Virus record (IMG/VR): IMGVR_UViG_3300031578_000005
Span: 1-64,000 of that record
Strand: one strand, 5' to 3'
Length of the DNA: 64,000 nucleotides
From: a virus
Part shown: positions 31,209 to 40,642 of the stretch, piece after piece
How positions within the stretch are numbered: position 1 is the stretch's first letter
Layout: each line of letters begins with the position of its first letter
The notes under the pieces: model-generated
Told to the model about the DNA's origin: nothing
Seen by the model: only the letters and a program-made list of their open reading frames with translations
Database searches by the model: none
Program-made: the position numbers and the translations under genes

Positions 31209-31295
31209 CGGTCGGCAATATGAAACGGTTGTCTAATAAGACGTTTCAAATTTAGTAATAGCTTGATGGCAACTGTTTTATATTGCTTGTTAGGC
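31203..31295 (-). repeat. attC-like site A
   Basis: TTATAAC...gcaatatgaaacggttg / caactgttttatattgc...GTTAGGC. Confidence 0.8.
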
Positions 31296-31310
31296 ACAGT
31301 ATGGTAAATT

Positions 31311-31604
31311 ATGATTGGTTTATATAGTATTATTAAATGTCCTAAATGTGGAATTGAGATTCCAATATGTTATGGGCATTATTGTGGAATTGGTATCGAA
31401 ATTGAATTTGAAGAAGATACGATTTGTAGAGATAAAAAATGTATGTATGAATTTAAAATAGACATACCCTTTTTAAATCAATTTAAAACAATAGAAGTAG
31501 ATTGGGAAGATTTTAAAACAATAAAAAATGAACTTGTTGGAATTGATTCATATGATGATTATTGTAAACAATTATTAAATTATATAAAAAATAAAATTTT
31601 ATGA
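31311..31604 (+). CDS. Cassette-borne zinc-finger hypothetical protein
   Basis: CPKC ... CRDKKC. Confidence 0.6.
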   Translation: MIGLYSIIKCPKCGIEIPICYGHYCGIGIEIEFEEDTICRDKKCMYEFKIDIPFLNQFKTIEVDWEDFKTIKNELVGIDSYDDYCKQLLNYIKNKIL

Positions 31605-31744
31605 GAATATATATTAAAATAACAAATGAAATTGATATTATACCAAGTTTTCAAAAAATATTGGTTAATGATAAAATAATTGGAATAAATATAAAAATTT
31701 TATTTATATTTGTTTGTTGGAAAATGGGTGAAAAGTAATATTGT

Positions 31745-31867
31745 GCCTAACGGTTGCAAATATAAAACGTTTATTAAACTAAACTTAAATTGAAAAACAG
31801 AATATAAATAAAAACACGACAATAAATTTGAAACACTGAAATAAATGTTTTATATTTGTTGTTATGG
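31745..31867 (-). repeat. attC-like site B
   Basis: GCCTAAC...caaatataaaacgtttatt / aataaatgttttatatttg...GTTATGG; tgtgcctaac is complementary to gttaggcaca of site A. Confidence 0.8.
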
Positions 31868-31904
31868 TTAGTTAATTAGTAGAAACTTAAAAAATATAAA
31901 AAAT

Positions 31905-32162
31905 ATGAGAGAAATTTATTTTAAAATCAAACAAAATTGTGAATTACCAGTAGCAATGTTAAATTACACTTACAAAGATTTTGATGGTGTGATACATCCA
32001 TTCAGTAATATTTTTGTTGATTTTAAAGACGATGAAAAGAACATTGAAAAAATGGAAGCAATAAAAAACAAATATGGTTCATTTTTTATGTTTTTTAATA
32101 ATAGTGATGAAGGTATAGATTTCTGGAAGAACAATCCAATTACGATAGTACCAAAGGTTTAA
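31905..32162 (+). CDS. Cassette-borne hypothetical protein
   Basis: ORF fills the space between sites B and C. Confidence 0.65.
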   Translation: MREIYFKIKQNCELPVAMLNYTYKDFDGVIHPFSNIFVDFKDDEKNIEKMEAIKNKYGSFFMFFNNSDEGIDFWKNNPITIVPKV

Positions 32163-32166
32163 TTAA

Positions 32167-32293
32167 CCATAACGTAAATAATATGGCAAGTTTGCCAACC
32201 AAATAAGTAGAAACTTTAATAAAATATACAAAATTATGATTACATGTAAAGAAAGAAAAAAGAGAAGCAAATTTGCTATATTTAGTGTTAGCA
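32167..32293 (-). repeat. attC-like site C
   Basis: CCATAAC...aatatggcaagtttgc / gcaaatttgctatatt...GTTAGCA; aaccataac is complementary to gttatggtt of site B. Confidence 0.78.
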
Positions 32294-32469
32294 ACAGGTT
32301 TGTTATTAAGGACTTGAATGAAGAGCAGTGGTATGTTCGCACGTATAAAGGACATAAACCACCGAACTTTGTTAGTTGCACTGGATATGCTAAAAAATAC
32401 AAATTTAGATTAATTGCACAAATACGTGCGTGGTTACTTGGCAACTGTGTTGTTCAAACTTGTTGCTAA
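32236..32469 (+). CDS. Cassette-borne hypothetical protein
   Basis: Starts inside site C, stop lies in the TGCTAAC core. Confidence 0.45.
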   Translation: MITCKERKKRSKFAIFSVSNRFVIKDLNEEQWYVRTYKGHKPPNFVSCTGYAKKYKFRLIAQIRAWLLGNCVVQTCC

Positions 32470-32540
32470 CTACTCAATATAAACAACTGTCGTAACAGTC
32501 TATAAATCAATGATTATGAAACAATCTTTGACGGACTTAC
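32464..32540. repeat. Array-terminal (attI-like) site, copy 2
   Basis: tgttgctaac is complementary to gttagcaaca of site C, then the 70-bp block shared with 752-821. Confidence 0.65.
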
Positions 32541-32566
32541 TTATAAAGTATGTCAAAGATTAAGTA

Positions 32567-34654
32567 TTATTTAGTTCTTAATCCATCAAATAGCCATGAA
32601 TTCGAAATATATGGATTTAATGGTGATGCACTTGATGGTGAAATTATCGGTCGGTTTTTTATTTCTTTTTTACTTCCAATTTCGGATATGTCATTATTTG
32701 TTATAATTGCATTAAGCATTTTTTCTGTAATTCCTTTGCTTTGTTTAAATCTTGCCATATCGAAATTAATTACGAATAACCCCAATGATAACCCCATAAT
32801 GGAATCATCATGAAATGAACGCTTATGATCTGCAACACGATTACCAGCAATTGTTACAAAGGTCTTTAATTCGTTTAGCAATCTGAATGACCTTATTATA
32901 ATATCCTCTAGGTGGATTGCTCTTTGCATTTCAAGTAAAATTGATGCACGGTTATTGCCGATAAAAAATCCCGGAATTAAATCAACATTAACAATATTAC
33001 CATCAGACATAATTTTTTGACCTCTTTTTACATATCCTTGTAATCTGTCTCTACTTGGTTTATGTGTTACTTCGGCATAATGCAGATTCTCATATCCAAA
33101 TTCAAGCAATTTTTCAACAGTCTGAATACCATAACCCCCGGTGATATCAACAACACAATAAGCATCATTATATCTTTTTCCATATTGATATGCAATTTCG
33201 GCAAGCATTTGTGGTGTGACTTTACCATAATATTCTGCAACTTGCTCGACTTTATGTCGTTTTATTTTCACTTTTTTTGCTTTTTCATTTTTAATAACGA
33301 CCTTTTCTTCAATCGTTTCAACGGTTTTTAGAATATTAATTGTTGAATTATCTTCGCCATGTCCGGGTGATGCATCGATTGCCATGATATATGTTTCGCC
33401 AGCTAACACATCTTCCCAAACCCACATGTTTTTGTCAAGATATTCTTGTCTTATTGGTGGTTTAATTTCATTTTCCTCAATACGTTTTAAATATTCTTCG
33501 GCAATAAAATTATCACCAGACCCAAGAAATGAGCAAACAATTTCCTGTGCAATACGTTTCATATCACCATTTGCATTTTGGATTTGTATTTCAAACCAAG
33601 GCGAACTTGCCTCCCAACCATCATTAGCTAATTGAATTCTTTTCTCAGCAGACCAATTTTCATCAGGTAATCTTATTTCATTATTTTTATTTTTATTTTT
33701 TAACCAAACCAAGTTTTTATTATATCTAGGATCATTATACCACCACAATTCGACTGCTTTGAATGTATTTTTTGGATTACCATTTTCATCCAATTCTCTT
33801 GCACCCATAAATGTTTTATAAAAAACCGGGTCCAATCCATTTGGCGTTGACACCATAATTGCTGAACCACCGGTTTGCAGTGTTGGAAATGCAGCCGTCC
33901 AGAATTTATCACCCTTTTCCGTCCAAGCAGTTTCGTCCCAAAATAATAATGTTGGGGTTGTACCACGCAAACCACCCTTAGCTGAAAATGCTCCCAATGC
34001 GGAGCCATTATCATATCGTTTTAGTTTTTGTGTATCTTTAAAATTTTGTTCAGATTCTTTACCAGTTTTGGGACGTAGCCATGTAGGACAGTTATTAATG
34101 AATTCAACAACATCATTCATTAATTCATCACGTGCAGTATCTAATCTATCAGCAACAATCGCAACAGTACGATTAGAATTAAACATCACATACCAAGCAA
34201 TATATGCACAAGTTGTTGTACTTACCCCTGCTTGCCTGTATTTATTAGCAATAAGAAATCTATTCTGGGGATTATGATAATTATTGATTAAATCTTTTTG
34301 TGATTCGAATAATTTAAATGGAACAATTAGACCTGCATTTCCTTGTGTTTGGTCAAAAATTGTTAAGTACGTTTCAATAAAATATATTGGATTTGCTGCA
34401 CAACGAATTATTTCATTTTCTTGCTCAATATATGTTAATTTACTTGCTTGCTTAACAACACCTGATTTGGTAACAATAATCGGTTCGACTTTAGCAGATT
34501 TTTTTCTAAGTTCAGCATATAGCTTTCTCGCAGATTCTTTTTCACGTTCCCTTAATATATCAATTGGAACAACTGGTGCATGTTCAGGAACTAATGATTC
34601 TAATTTTTCAATTTTTTCTCTTTCCTTTTCTTCGTCACTTAAATATCTTCTCAT
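32567..34654 (-). CDS. Terminase large subunit (T4 gp17-like)
   Basis: KYRQAGVST, LLFWDE, VSTPNG, AIDASPG, HDDSIM. Confidence 0.95.
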   Translation of the reverse strand: MRRYLSDEEKEREKIEKLESLVPEHAPVVPIDILREREKESARKLYAELRKKSAKVEPIIVTKSGVVKQASKLTYIEQENEIIRCAANPIYFIETYLTIFDQTQGNAGLIVPFKLFESQKDLINNYHNPQNRFLIANKYRQAGVSTTTCAYIAWYVMFNSNRTVAIVADRLDTARDELMNDVVEFINNCPTWLRPKTGKESEQNFKDTQKLKRYDNGSALGAFSAKGGLRGTTPTLLFWDETAWTEKGDKFWTAAFPTLQTGGSAIMVSTPNGLDPVFYKTFMGARELDENGNPKNTFKAVELWWYNDPRYNKNLVWLKNKNKNNEIRLPDENWSAEKRIQLANDGWEASSPWFEIQIQNANGDMKRIAQEIVCSFLGSGDNFIAEEYLKRIEENEIKPPIRQEYLDKNMWVWEDVLAGETYIMAIDASPGHGEDNSTINILKTVETIEEKVVIKNEKAKKVKIKRHKVEQVAEYYGKVTPQMLAEIAYQYGKRYNDAYCVVDITGGYGIQTVEKLLEFGYENLHYAEVTHKPSRDRLQGYVKRGQKIMSDGNIVNVDLIPGFFIGNNRASILLEMQRAIHLEDIIIRSFRLLNELKTFVTIAGNRVADHKRSFHDDSIMGLSLGLFVINFDMARFKQSKGITEKMLNAIITNNDISEIGSKKEIKNRPIISPSSASPLNPYISNSWLFDGLRTK

Positions 34655-34744
34655 TAAATAGATATGTATTTAAGCATAAATAGTTGGGTTTGGAAAAATC
34701 TTGCTTAATTAAAATTTAAACAGTACATTTACAAAAAAATTGTT

Positions 34745-35053
34745 ATGATAGGAAAATACAAAGTCATCACACTATGCGGTAGTACAAAATTCAAAGAACA
34801 ATTTCTAGTTGAACAAAAACGTTTAACACTTGAAGGAAATATAGTAATAAGCGTTGGGTTATTTGGACACAGTGGTGATGACGAAGTTTGGACCGAAAAT
34901 ACTAAAGAAATGCTTGATGAGATGCATAAAAGAAAAATTGATTTGGCTGATGAAATTTTTGTAATAAACGTTGATGGCTATATTGGCTCATCAACAAAAG
35001 GTGAAATTGAGTATGCCGAACATACGAATAAAATTGTGAGATATTTGTGTTAA
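34745..35053 (+). CDS. Hypothetical protein, nucleoside 2-deoxyribosyltransferase-like fold
   Basis: ITLCGS.KF ... HKRKIDLAD.IFV+N..GYIG.ST..EI.YA. Confidence 0.65.
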   Translation: MIGKYKVITLCGSTKFKEQFLVEQKRLTLEGNIVISVGLFGHSGDDEVWTENTKEMLDEMHKRKIDLADEIFVINVDGYIGSSTKGEIEYAEHTNKIVRYLC

Positions 35054-35169
35054 AAAAGACTGAATTTAACTGGGTCAGTGATGAATCAAGCACGCTCAGG
35101 CAATTATACGGTAATGTTTATAAAATCTAATACAGGATTTAAATACAAGCCCGTTCGAACAAAAGGTTC

Positions 35170-35661
35170 TTAAAACTTTATTGACGCAGCCTCAATAAAT
35201 TTATTATTTTTTAATATTATCTTCTTTGTGCTTAAAATATCTTTAATTTTTCCCAATGTCATGCCATAATGAAACACTAACAATGGTGAGTCATCATCAT
35301 CATTATGTTCGAACATCTTATCATAATCACTAACACCATTTGCATTGATTCCATCAGAATTCTCATCCTCATACGCCAAAGCGTGAATTGTATAATATCC
35401 ATGCATATATGGTCTATCAACAGCCTCATGCAAACAGAATAAATTAAATGATCGTGTTTTTAACTCAATAATTGCATTAATATAATCTTCATCGGGAGGC
35501 AAGGCATTATCACAAGCAGGAGATAAATCCCAACACCAGTTATCCATATCAATATTTGTTGGATCAAGTGAAAATATGAATTCATATAGTCCATCACCAA
35601 CAGTATTGTAACCGATTTTCTTTACAAAAATTAGTTTTAATTTATTGTCATCATATTCCAT
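35170..35661 (-). CDS. Hypothetical late protein
   Basis: ORF with late motif. Confidence 0.7.
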   Translation of the reverse strand: MEYDDNKLKLIFVKKIGYNTVGDGLYEFIFSLDPTNIDMDNWCWDLSPACDNALPPDEDYINAIIELKTRSFNLFCLHEAVDRPYMHGYYTIHALAYEDENSDGINANGVSDYDKMFEHNDDDDSPLLVFHYGMTLGKIKDILSTKKIILKNNKFIEAASIKF

Positions 35662-35692
35662 ATTAACGTTTACGCATAAATACTATACTTAA

Positions 35693-36109
35693 TTAATTTT
35701 TATTTCCTTGGATTCCAGATATTTTGTATATCTCACCTAAAGTAATTGTTAATGAAAAGTCATATAATTTTATTTGGCGATTTAATTTTCTTTTTAAAAG
35801 ATACGTAATTATTTTGAATATAATTGAAACCAATAAAAACACCAGTGATAATAATTTATATTTAAATAAAATTGCACTTAATAAAATCGTTAATATCGAA
35901 AAATAATTTAGGCTATTCCTCCAACTTAAAATTACATTTAAAAAATCATCATAATAAAAAATAATCATTCTTTTAAATTTGAACCAATCACAATTAATGT
36001 TGTTATTTTCATCATCCTGTACAATCGAAAACATCTCCAATTCTTTTTTCTTTGAGCCACCAATATAAGTTCTCATGAACTTATAATTAGAAAATGTTCG
36101 ATTAATCAT
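35693..36109 (-). CDS. Membrane protein
   Basis: Two hydrophobic helices; TGTAAC-N17-CGTAT motif upstream on the minus strand. Confidence 0.6.
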   Translation of the reverse strand: MINRTFSNYKFMRTYIGGSKKKELEMFSIVQDDENNNINCDWFKFKRMIIFYYDDFLNVILSWRNSLNYFSILTILLSAILFKYKLLSLVFLLVSIIFKIITYLLKRKLNRQIKLYDFSLTITLGEIYKISGIQGNKN

Positions 36110-36155
36110 ATTAAATAGTTTTAAGTTAATACGTTAATATCTATGTTAATGTTAC

Positions 36156-36186
36156 AAAAAAAACTCGAAATATTTCGAGTTTTTTA
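36156..36186 (-). terminator. Intrinsic terminator
   Basis: aaaaaaaactcgaa-atat-ttcgagtttttt. Confidence 0.8.
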
Positions 36187-36187
36187 T

Positions 36188-36517
36188 CTAAAATCCACCA
36201 AAACTATTCATTCCTCCTGTGCCTTTGCCACGCATTGGACTTACAATTGCCTTATTTTGAACTTCGGGTGATGCGTATTGTAATCTTCCGTCCTTACCAA
36301 TTCTTAATGTGCCACCATTATTTTCAACATATAATTTAACCAAGTCATATTTACTTTCAATGGGTGTACTACTTGCAGCTTTTTTGATTGCCCCCCAATT
36401 ATTGAGAATTTCCCTAAATGCTTTGTTAAATAACTCCTCAATACCTTTAGCGTCATCGGGTCTTAAACTTTTAAATTTTTCTGCAACACTTAACCCAAAA
36501 ATTTCGTTCAGTTCACT
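36188..36517 (-). CDS. Start-less 109-codon ORF, probable -1 frameshift extension of 36508..38928
   Basis: SELNEIFGLSVAEKFKS...GMNSFGGF*, entered via the A10 run at 36517-36526. Confidence 0.6.
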   Translation of the reverse strand, partial: SELNEIFGLSVAEKFKSLRPDDAKGIEELFNKAFREILNNWGAIKKAASSTPIESKYDLVKLYVENNGGTLRIGKDGRLQYASPEVQNKAIVSPMRGKGTGGMNSFGGF

Positions 36518-38928
36518 TTTTTTTTTAATGTTACTCCCTCAAATAACTTATATTGATTGTCAATCATTGCATCTAATTTTTTTAATGCATCAGACTTTTT
36601 GCTTTCAGTTAATATTGGTTTTCTCAACCCCGCATGTTCTTCAAGTCTATTGTGAATGTATTTTCTAACCTTAAGTTCACTTTCAGTCATTTGTTTCTTA
36701 TTATTTTCAACACCTTCTTTTTTCATGTTTTTCCACATAGCAGCTGCGGCCACTTTTTCACCAGCTTCTTTACTGCCATATTCTTTTTCAGCTTTTTTTG
36801 CTACCTTTTCAAACCCCTTGCCCTTTTTTCCAATATCTTCACCAGCCTTAGCCTTTTTTACCACTTCGCTTTTCTTCTCTTTTGATAAACCAGCAGATGG
36901 TTTTTCTTCATTAACAACTTTAGCACCTTTCATGATGGGGACTTTATTTCCACCCTTCGTTTCATTCACCAAAGCATTTAATGTTTCACGTAATTTCTGA
37001 ACCACTTCATTTACTGAAATATTAACGGTCTTACTTTGACCATCAACATTTATGTCAATTCCAGTTGTTGGTGCACCATCAGGTTTAACAACACCTCCAC
37101 CCAATGATTGTGCTTCTGGAGCAAAATCGAATTCATTATTATCTTCAGTATCTGTTTCCTCGGTATTATCAATATCCAAATCTTCACCTTCGGGTTCTTC
37201 TTCTTCTTTAATTGCTTTTACCGGGACGTTTGTGCTGAGTTTTTTTCCAGTTTTTTCAGGAATCTTAATTTCTTCAAGCTGTTCCATATTGGGTTGAGTT
37301 TCAATATTTGCGGGATCAACGCCTTCGGCTTTATATTTGGACAAATCAACACCTCCACCCGTTTTTCTAAGCTGATTTGACATAGTTTGTAATAAACTCC
37401 CAACATTTATTGGTTCTTGTCCTGCTTTAGCTGCACCAGCATTTGCAGCGGCAATTTGATTAACTAAATTACCTGCCATTGCTTGAATTTTATCTAGAGA
37501 TGCGTTTCTTTTTTTAATGCCGCTTTTAATATCTTGTGTTTGACTACCAGCTTGATATGCTTGTTTACCTCTTTCAACGGCATTACCAACACCTGTACTA
37601 ACATTCTTAGCAGCATTACCAACAGCATTACCAATACCCGTACCAGCTTTCTTAATGCTACCAAGAGCTGCTTTTCCCAAACCCGCTAATCCACCACCCC
37701 AAGCTTCATCAATTTTTGCATGAATATCCTCTTCGGTTGATTCATCCATTGAGTTAACTTCGGGTTCTAATTCGTTAGCATAATCGTCATGGCCATATTC
37801 ATTTTTTAGGATATCTAATACTTGTGGCATGAGTTTAATAAATAATGCAACAGTCTTATGATCCCCATCATTTTCACCTTCGCCATATGCATTAGCATAC
37901 CCACTAACCAAATTACCCATTTCTTCTTCACCACATTCCATTAAAGATTCTTTAGAATAACCTCTAGATTCAGCATATTTTGCAAAGCCACCGCATTCAG
38001 AGCATTGCCCCTCTGCCATTTCTTCATTACCTGCGGTATCTTCAACATTTTGTCCTAAACCTTCAATGTCTTCATCAGGAACTACTTTAGTAATTTTATC
38101 AGCCATTGCTTTTCTATCTTCAACTTCAACATCAGGAAATTTATCCTTGAATGCTGATAAAAATGTATTCACATATGACTTAACTTGAGAATCGGTTAAT
38201 TCTGTTTTTCTTAATTTATTGGTTAATTTTCCCAATGACTTTTCAATTTCTTCTGTCGTAATATCTTTATTTTCTTCACCCTCTGGATTAGGCATCTCTT
38301 CTTCGCCATCATCAGATGGTAATTCATCAGTAGGCATCTCTTCTTCGCCATCATCAGATGGTAATTCATCAGTAGGCATTTCTTCCCCACCCTCTGGACT
38401 AGGCATTTCTTCGCCACCATCAGATGGTAATTCATCAGTAGGCATTTCTTCCCCACCCTCTGGCGATGGTTGATTTACAGGCATTTCAGCAGCACTGGTT
38501 GCAGCGTCCAAATCACCTAATTTATTTTCGGCATTTTCGATTTCTTTACCCGCAACGTCTTCATTTAATCTTTTTTTACTACCAGTTTTACTTGGCTTAT
38601 TTACGATTGCCTCATTTATTGAGTGAAACATCATATTTCGTTGTTTATCTGCTTCAGCTAATGACTTATACTGAAAATTCGTTATATTTGCTAATCCACC
38701 AACATATGCAAAGTCTGAAATATTTGGGTCTTGTTTTAAACCAGCTATTTTAACATAATAATTATGATTTTCTTTAATGATACCATAGGCAACACCATTT
38801 GCTGCTCTTTTATAATCAATTAAAGTACCATTTGTACGATTTTGAGATTCTTTCGTTATTTTTTTATTGACTTCAGCTAACGTTCTCATTCTTTCGTAAT
38901 GTGCTTCTTCTGATATATGTCTTTTCAT
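36508..38928 (-). CDS. Large acidic head-associated/internal protein
   Basis: Many (L/I/V)xE putative protease sites; tandem MPTDELPSD/MPSPEGGEE repeats. Confidence 0.75.
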   Translation of the reverse strand: MKRHISEEAHYERMRTLAEVNKKITKESQNRTNGTLIDYKRAANGVAYGIIKENHNYYVKIAGLKQDPNISDFAYVGGLANITNFQYKSLAEADKQRNMMFHSINEAIVNKPSKTGSKKRLNEDVAGKEIENAENKLGDLDAATSAAEMPVNQPSPEGGEEMPTDELPSDGGEEMPSPEGGEEMPTDELPSDDGEEEMPTDELPSDDGEEEMPNPEGEENKDITTEEIEKSLGKLTNKLRKTELTDSQVKSYVNTFLSAFKDKFPDVEVEDRKAMADKITKVVPDEDIEGLGQNVEDTAGNEEMAEGQCSECGGFAKYAESRGYSKESLMECGEEEMGNLVSGYANAYGEGENDGDHKTVALFIKLMPQVLDILKNEYGHDDYANELEPEVNSMDESTEEDIHAKIDEAWGGGLAGLGKAALGSIKKAGTGIGNAVGNAAKNVSTGVGNAVERGKQAYQAGSQTQDIKSGIKKRNASLDKIQAMAGNLVNQIAAANAGAAKAGQEPINVGSLLQTMSNQLRKTGGGVDLSKYKAEGVDPANIETQPNMEQLEEIKIPEKTGKKLSTNVPVKAIKEEEEPEGEDLDIDNTEETDTEDNNEFDFAPEAQSLGGGVVKPDGAPTTGIDINVDGQSKTVNISVNEVVQKLRETLNALVNETKGGNKVPIMKGAKVVNEEKPSAGLSKEKKSEVVKKAKAGEDIGKKGKGFEKVAKKAEKEYGSKEAGEKVAAAAMWKNMKKEGVENNKKQMTESELKVRKYIHNRLEEHAGLRKPILTESKKSDALKKLDAMIDNQYKLFEGVTLKKKVN
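38280..38462 (-). repeat. In-frame tandem repeats (EEMPTDELPSDxG / EEMPSPEGG)
   Basis: Repeated catcagatggtaattcatcagtaggcat units. Confidence 0.85.
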
Positions 38929-39006
38929 TTGAATATTTTTTATTTGCTAATTATTTACGTTATATTTTTTTATAAATACTTATGTAACAACAAAAGGGTT
39001 GATACA

Positions 39007-39255
39007 TTAAATTATTTCTTGTTTTTCATTAATGATTTTATTTTTAATTAACATTTCATTAATTTCAGTTGTTATTAAATTTTTTCTAAAATAATCATTA
39101 ATAACTGATTGATTTACATTTTTTAATGAAACATTTTCATTTAAATTTTTGACATTTTTATGCAATGCCTCTAATATGTCATAATAAATTCTTTCTAATT
39201 TTTTATTATTAACATATTCAATTAATTGTTCTTTTTTCACTATAAATCTTTTCAT
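39007..39255 (-). CDS. Hypothetical protein
   Basis: ORF in late operon. Confidence 0.6.
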   Translation of the reverse strand: MKRFIVKKEQLIEYVNNKKLERIYYDILEALHKNVKNLNENVSLKNVNQSVINDYFRKNLITTEINEMLIKNKIINEKQEII

Positions 39256-39258
39256 AAA

Positions 39259-40071
39259 CTAAATAGCAAATTCATCTAAACTTAATTCCTTCGTCAAATA
39301 ATTATTTTTCATTTGCATTAATTTCTCAAGATATCCTGAATTTCTTAAAATTTTAAATACTAAATTTTCAATTGAATATTCACCACCATTATCTAATCCA
39401 GATTGTCGATATTTTTTAATTTTATTTTTCAATGCCTCATATTTTTCAATGAAATCCTTTTTATTTTTATTATTAGTTAAATCATCAATAGCATTCATGA
39501 GATCAGCAGTTTTTAATTGTACTGCACTTGTATTAATATTTATTATTTTTTTGGTTGGCTTAATTACCCAATCATTTTTAATTAAAGAATATGTACCAGA
39601 TGAATGATGTAACTCATTAATGTCTTGAAAATACATTTCTACCTCATGTCCTTTTACTTGGATGGGCAAATTATTAGCCCATAATTGTTTTTTTAATTTT
39701 AAAAAATCACCAACAAATTCCGTATTTATTGAAATTTGACTAAAATCTGTAATAATGTGAACATCCAAATCAGAGTTTTCATTATAATTATAATTAGCCA
39801 AGCTTCCTGTCAAAATAATATCGTTAAATTTAAGCATTTCAACATCACAAAATTCTATAAATCTTTTTGCATTCATTAATAATATTTTTCGGATTTCTGG
39901 TTTTAATTTCATATTATTATCCCATATAAATGGACTTAGCTCATCGTGTATTTGAATAGACGATGTATTAACGTCATCAGGCTCAACGACTTCTTTTAAA
40001 ACATCCGAGATATTATTTTTTGCCCAAAATCTACTTGACCATGAACGTGGTTTTTTATTGTCTTCAATCAT
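39259..40071 (-). CDS. Pol-beta-superfamily nucleotidyltransferase
   Basis: LTGSLANYNY...SDLDVH. Confidence 0.85.
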   Translation of the reverse strand: MIEDNKKPRSWSSRFWAKNNISDVLKEVVEPDDVNTSSIQIHDELSPFIWDNNMKLKPEIRKILLMNAKRFIEFCDVEMLKFNDIILTGSLANYNYNENSDLDVHIITDFSQISINTEFVGDFLKLKKQLWANNLPIQVKGHEVEMYFQDINELHHSSGTYSLIKNDWVIKPTKKIININTSAVQLKTADLMNAIDDLTNNKNKKDFIEKYEALKNKIKKYRQSGLDNGGEYSIENLVFKILRNSGYLEKLMQMKNNYLTKELSLDEFAI

Positions 40072-40075
40072 AACA

Positions 40076-40507
40076 TTATTTACCTACTTTAGCTATATCA
40101 ACAACAGGTATTTTAGGTTTTGATTCATTTGTTGTTACATCTTTTTTTGATTTATCAACATTATCCTTATCATCTTCGTTTTCTGAATCATCTTCATCTG
40201 TTTTCTTTTCGAAATTCCATTTTTTTCTCTCACTAATTTCGACCTCAGTGCTTTCACCAGAGTCTTCACTTGGAATTTCCTCAGATTCTTCACCATGTAT
40301 CATAGAATATAATTCGTCAACCTTATTTTTTAGTTCTTCGTATTTTTCTTCAACTGATTGTTCTTCAGCAGGTGACTCATCACCAGTTTCAACAGGTAAA
40401 TTCTCTGTGTTATTTAGTTCTTCAAAATCTTCGTTTAATTTAGGTTTAAATGTTTTATCCAACCTGCCCATAACTTCAAAAAGTCTTACTCTACTGTCTT
40501 TTTTCAT
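40076..40507 (-). CDS. Acidic hypothetical protein with MKKDSRVRLFEVM...LNE leader
   Basis: Leader shared with 1494..2033. Confidence 0.7.
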   Translation of the reverse strand: MKKDSRVRLFEVMGRLDKTFKPKLNEDFEELNNTENLPVETGDESPAEEQSVEEKYEELKNKVDELYSMIHGEESEEIPSEDSGESTEVEISERKKWNFEKKTDEDDSENEDDKDNVDKSKKDVTTNESKPKIPVVDIAKVGK

Positions 40508-40642
40508 ATTTTTTGTTTTTATATAAATACATATTATTTTAAATCGTACATTTTTAATTTTTGTACAATTTCATCATTATTTAATAAATACTTAGTTATA
40601 TTCAAATGGATTTAGTATTTATAATTAAAATCTTAGTGTAAA

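Noticed and set aside
31085-31297. Minus-strand ORFs over attC sites (31085..31297, 32140..32355, 32163..32444)
   Set aside because: Read-through of palindromic recombination sites with no supporting signals.
31200-32540. CRISPR array interpretation of the spaced repeats
   Set aside because: Units are 90-130-nt imperfect palindromes with variable sequence separated by whole genes; no constant direct repeat and no cas genes.
36309-36668. Plus-strand 119-aa ORF and other antisense ORFs inside large genes
   Set aside because: Shadow frames of coding sequence on the opposite strand; this one mirrors the -1 extension ORF.
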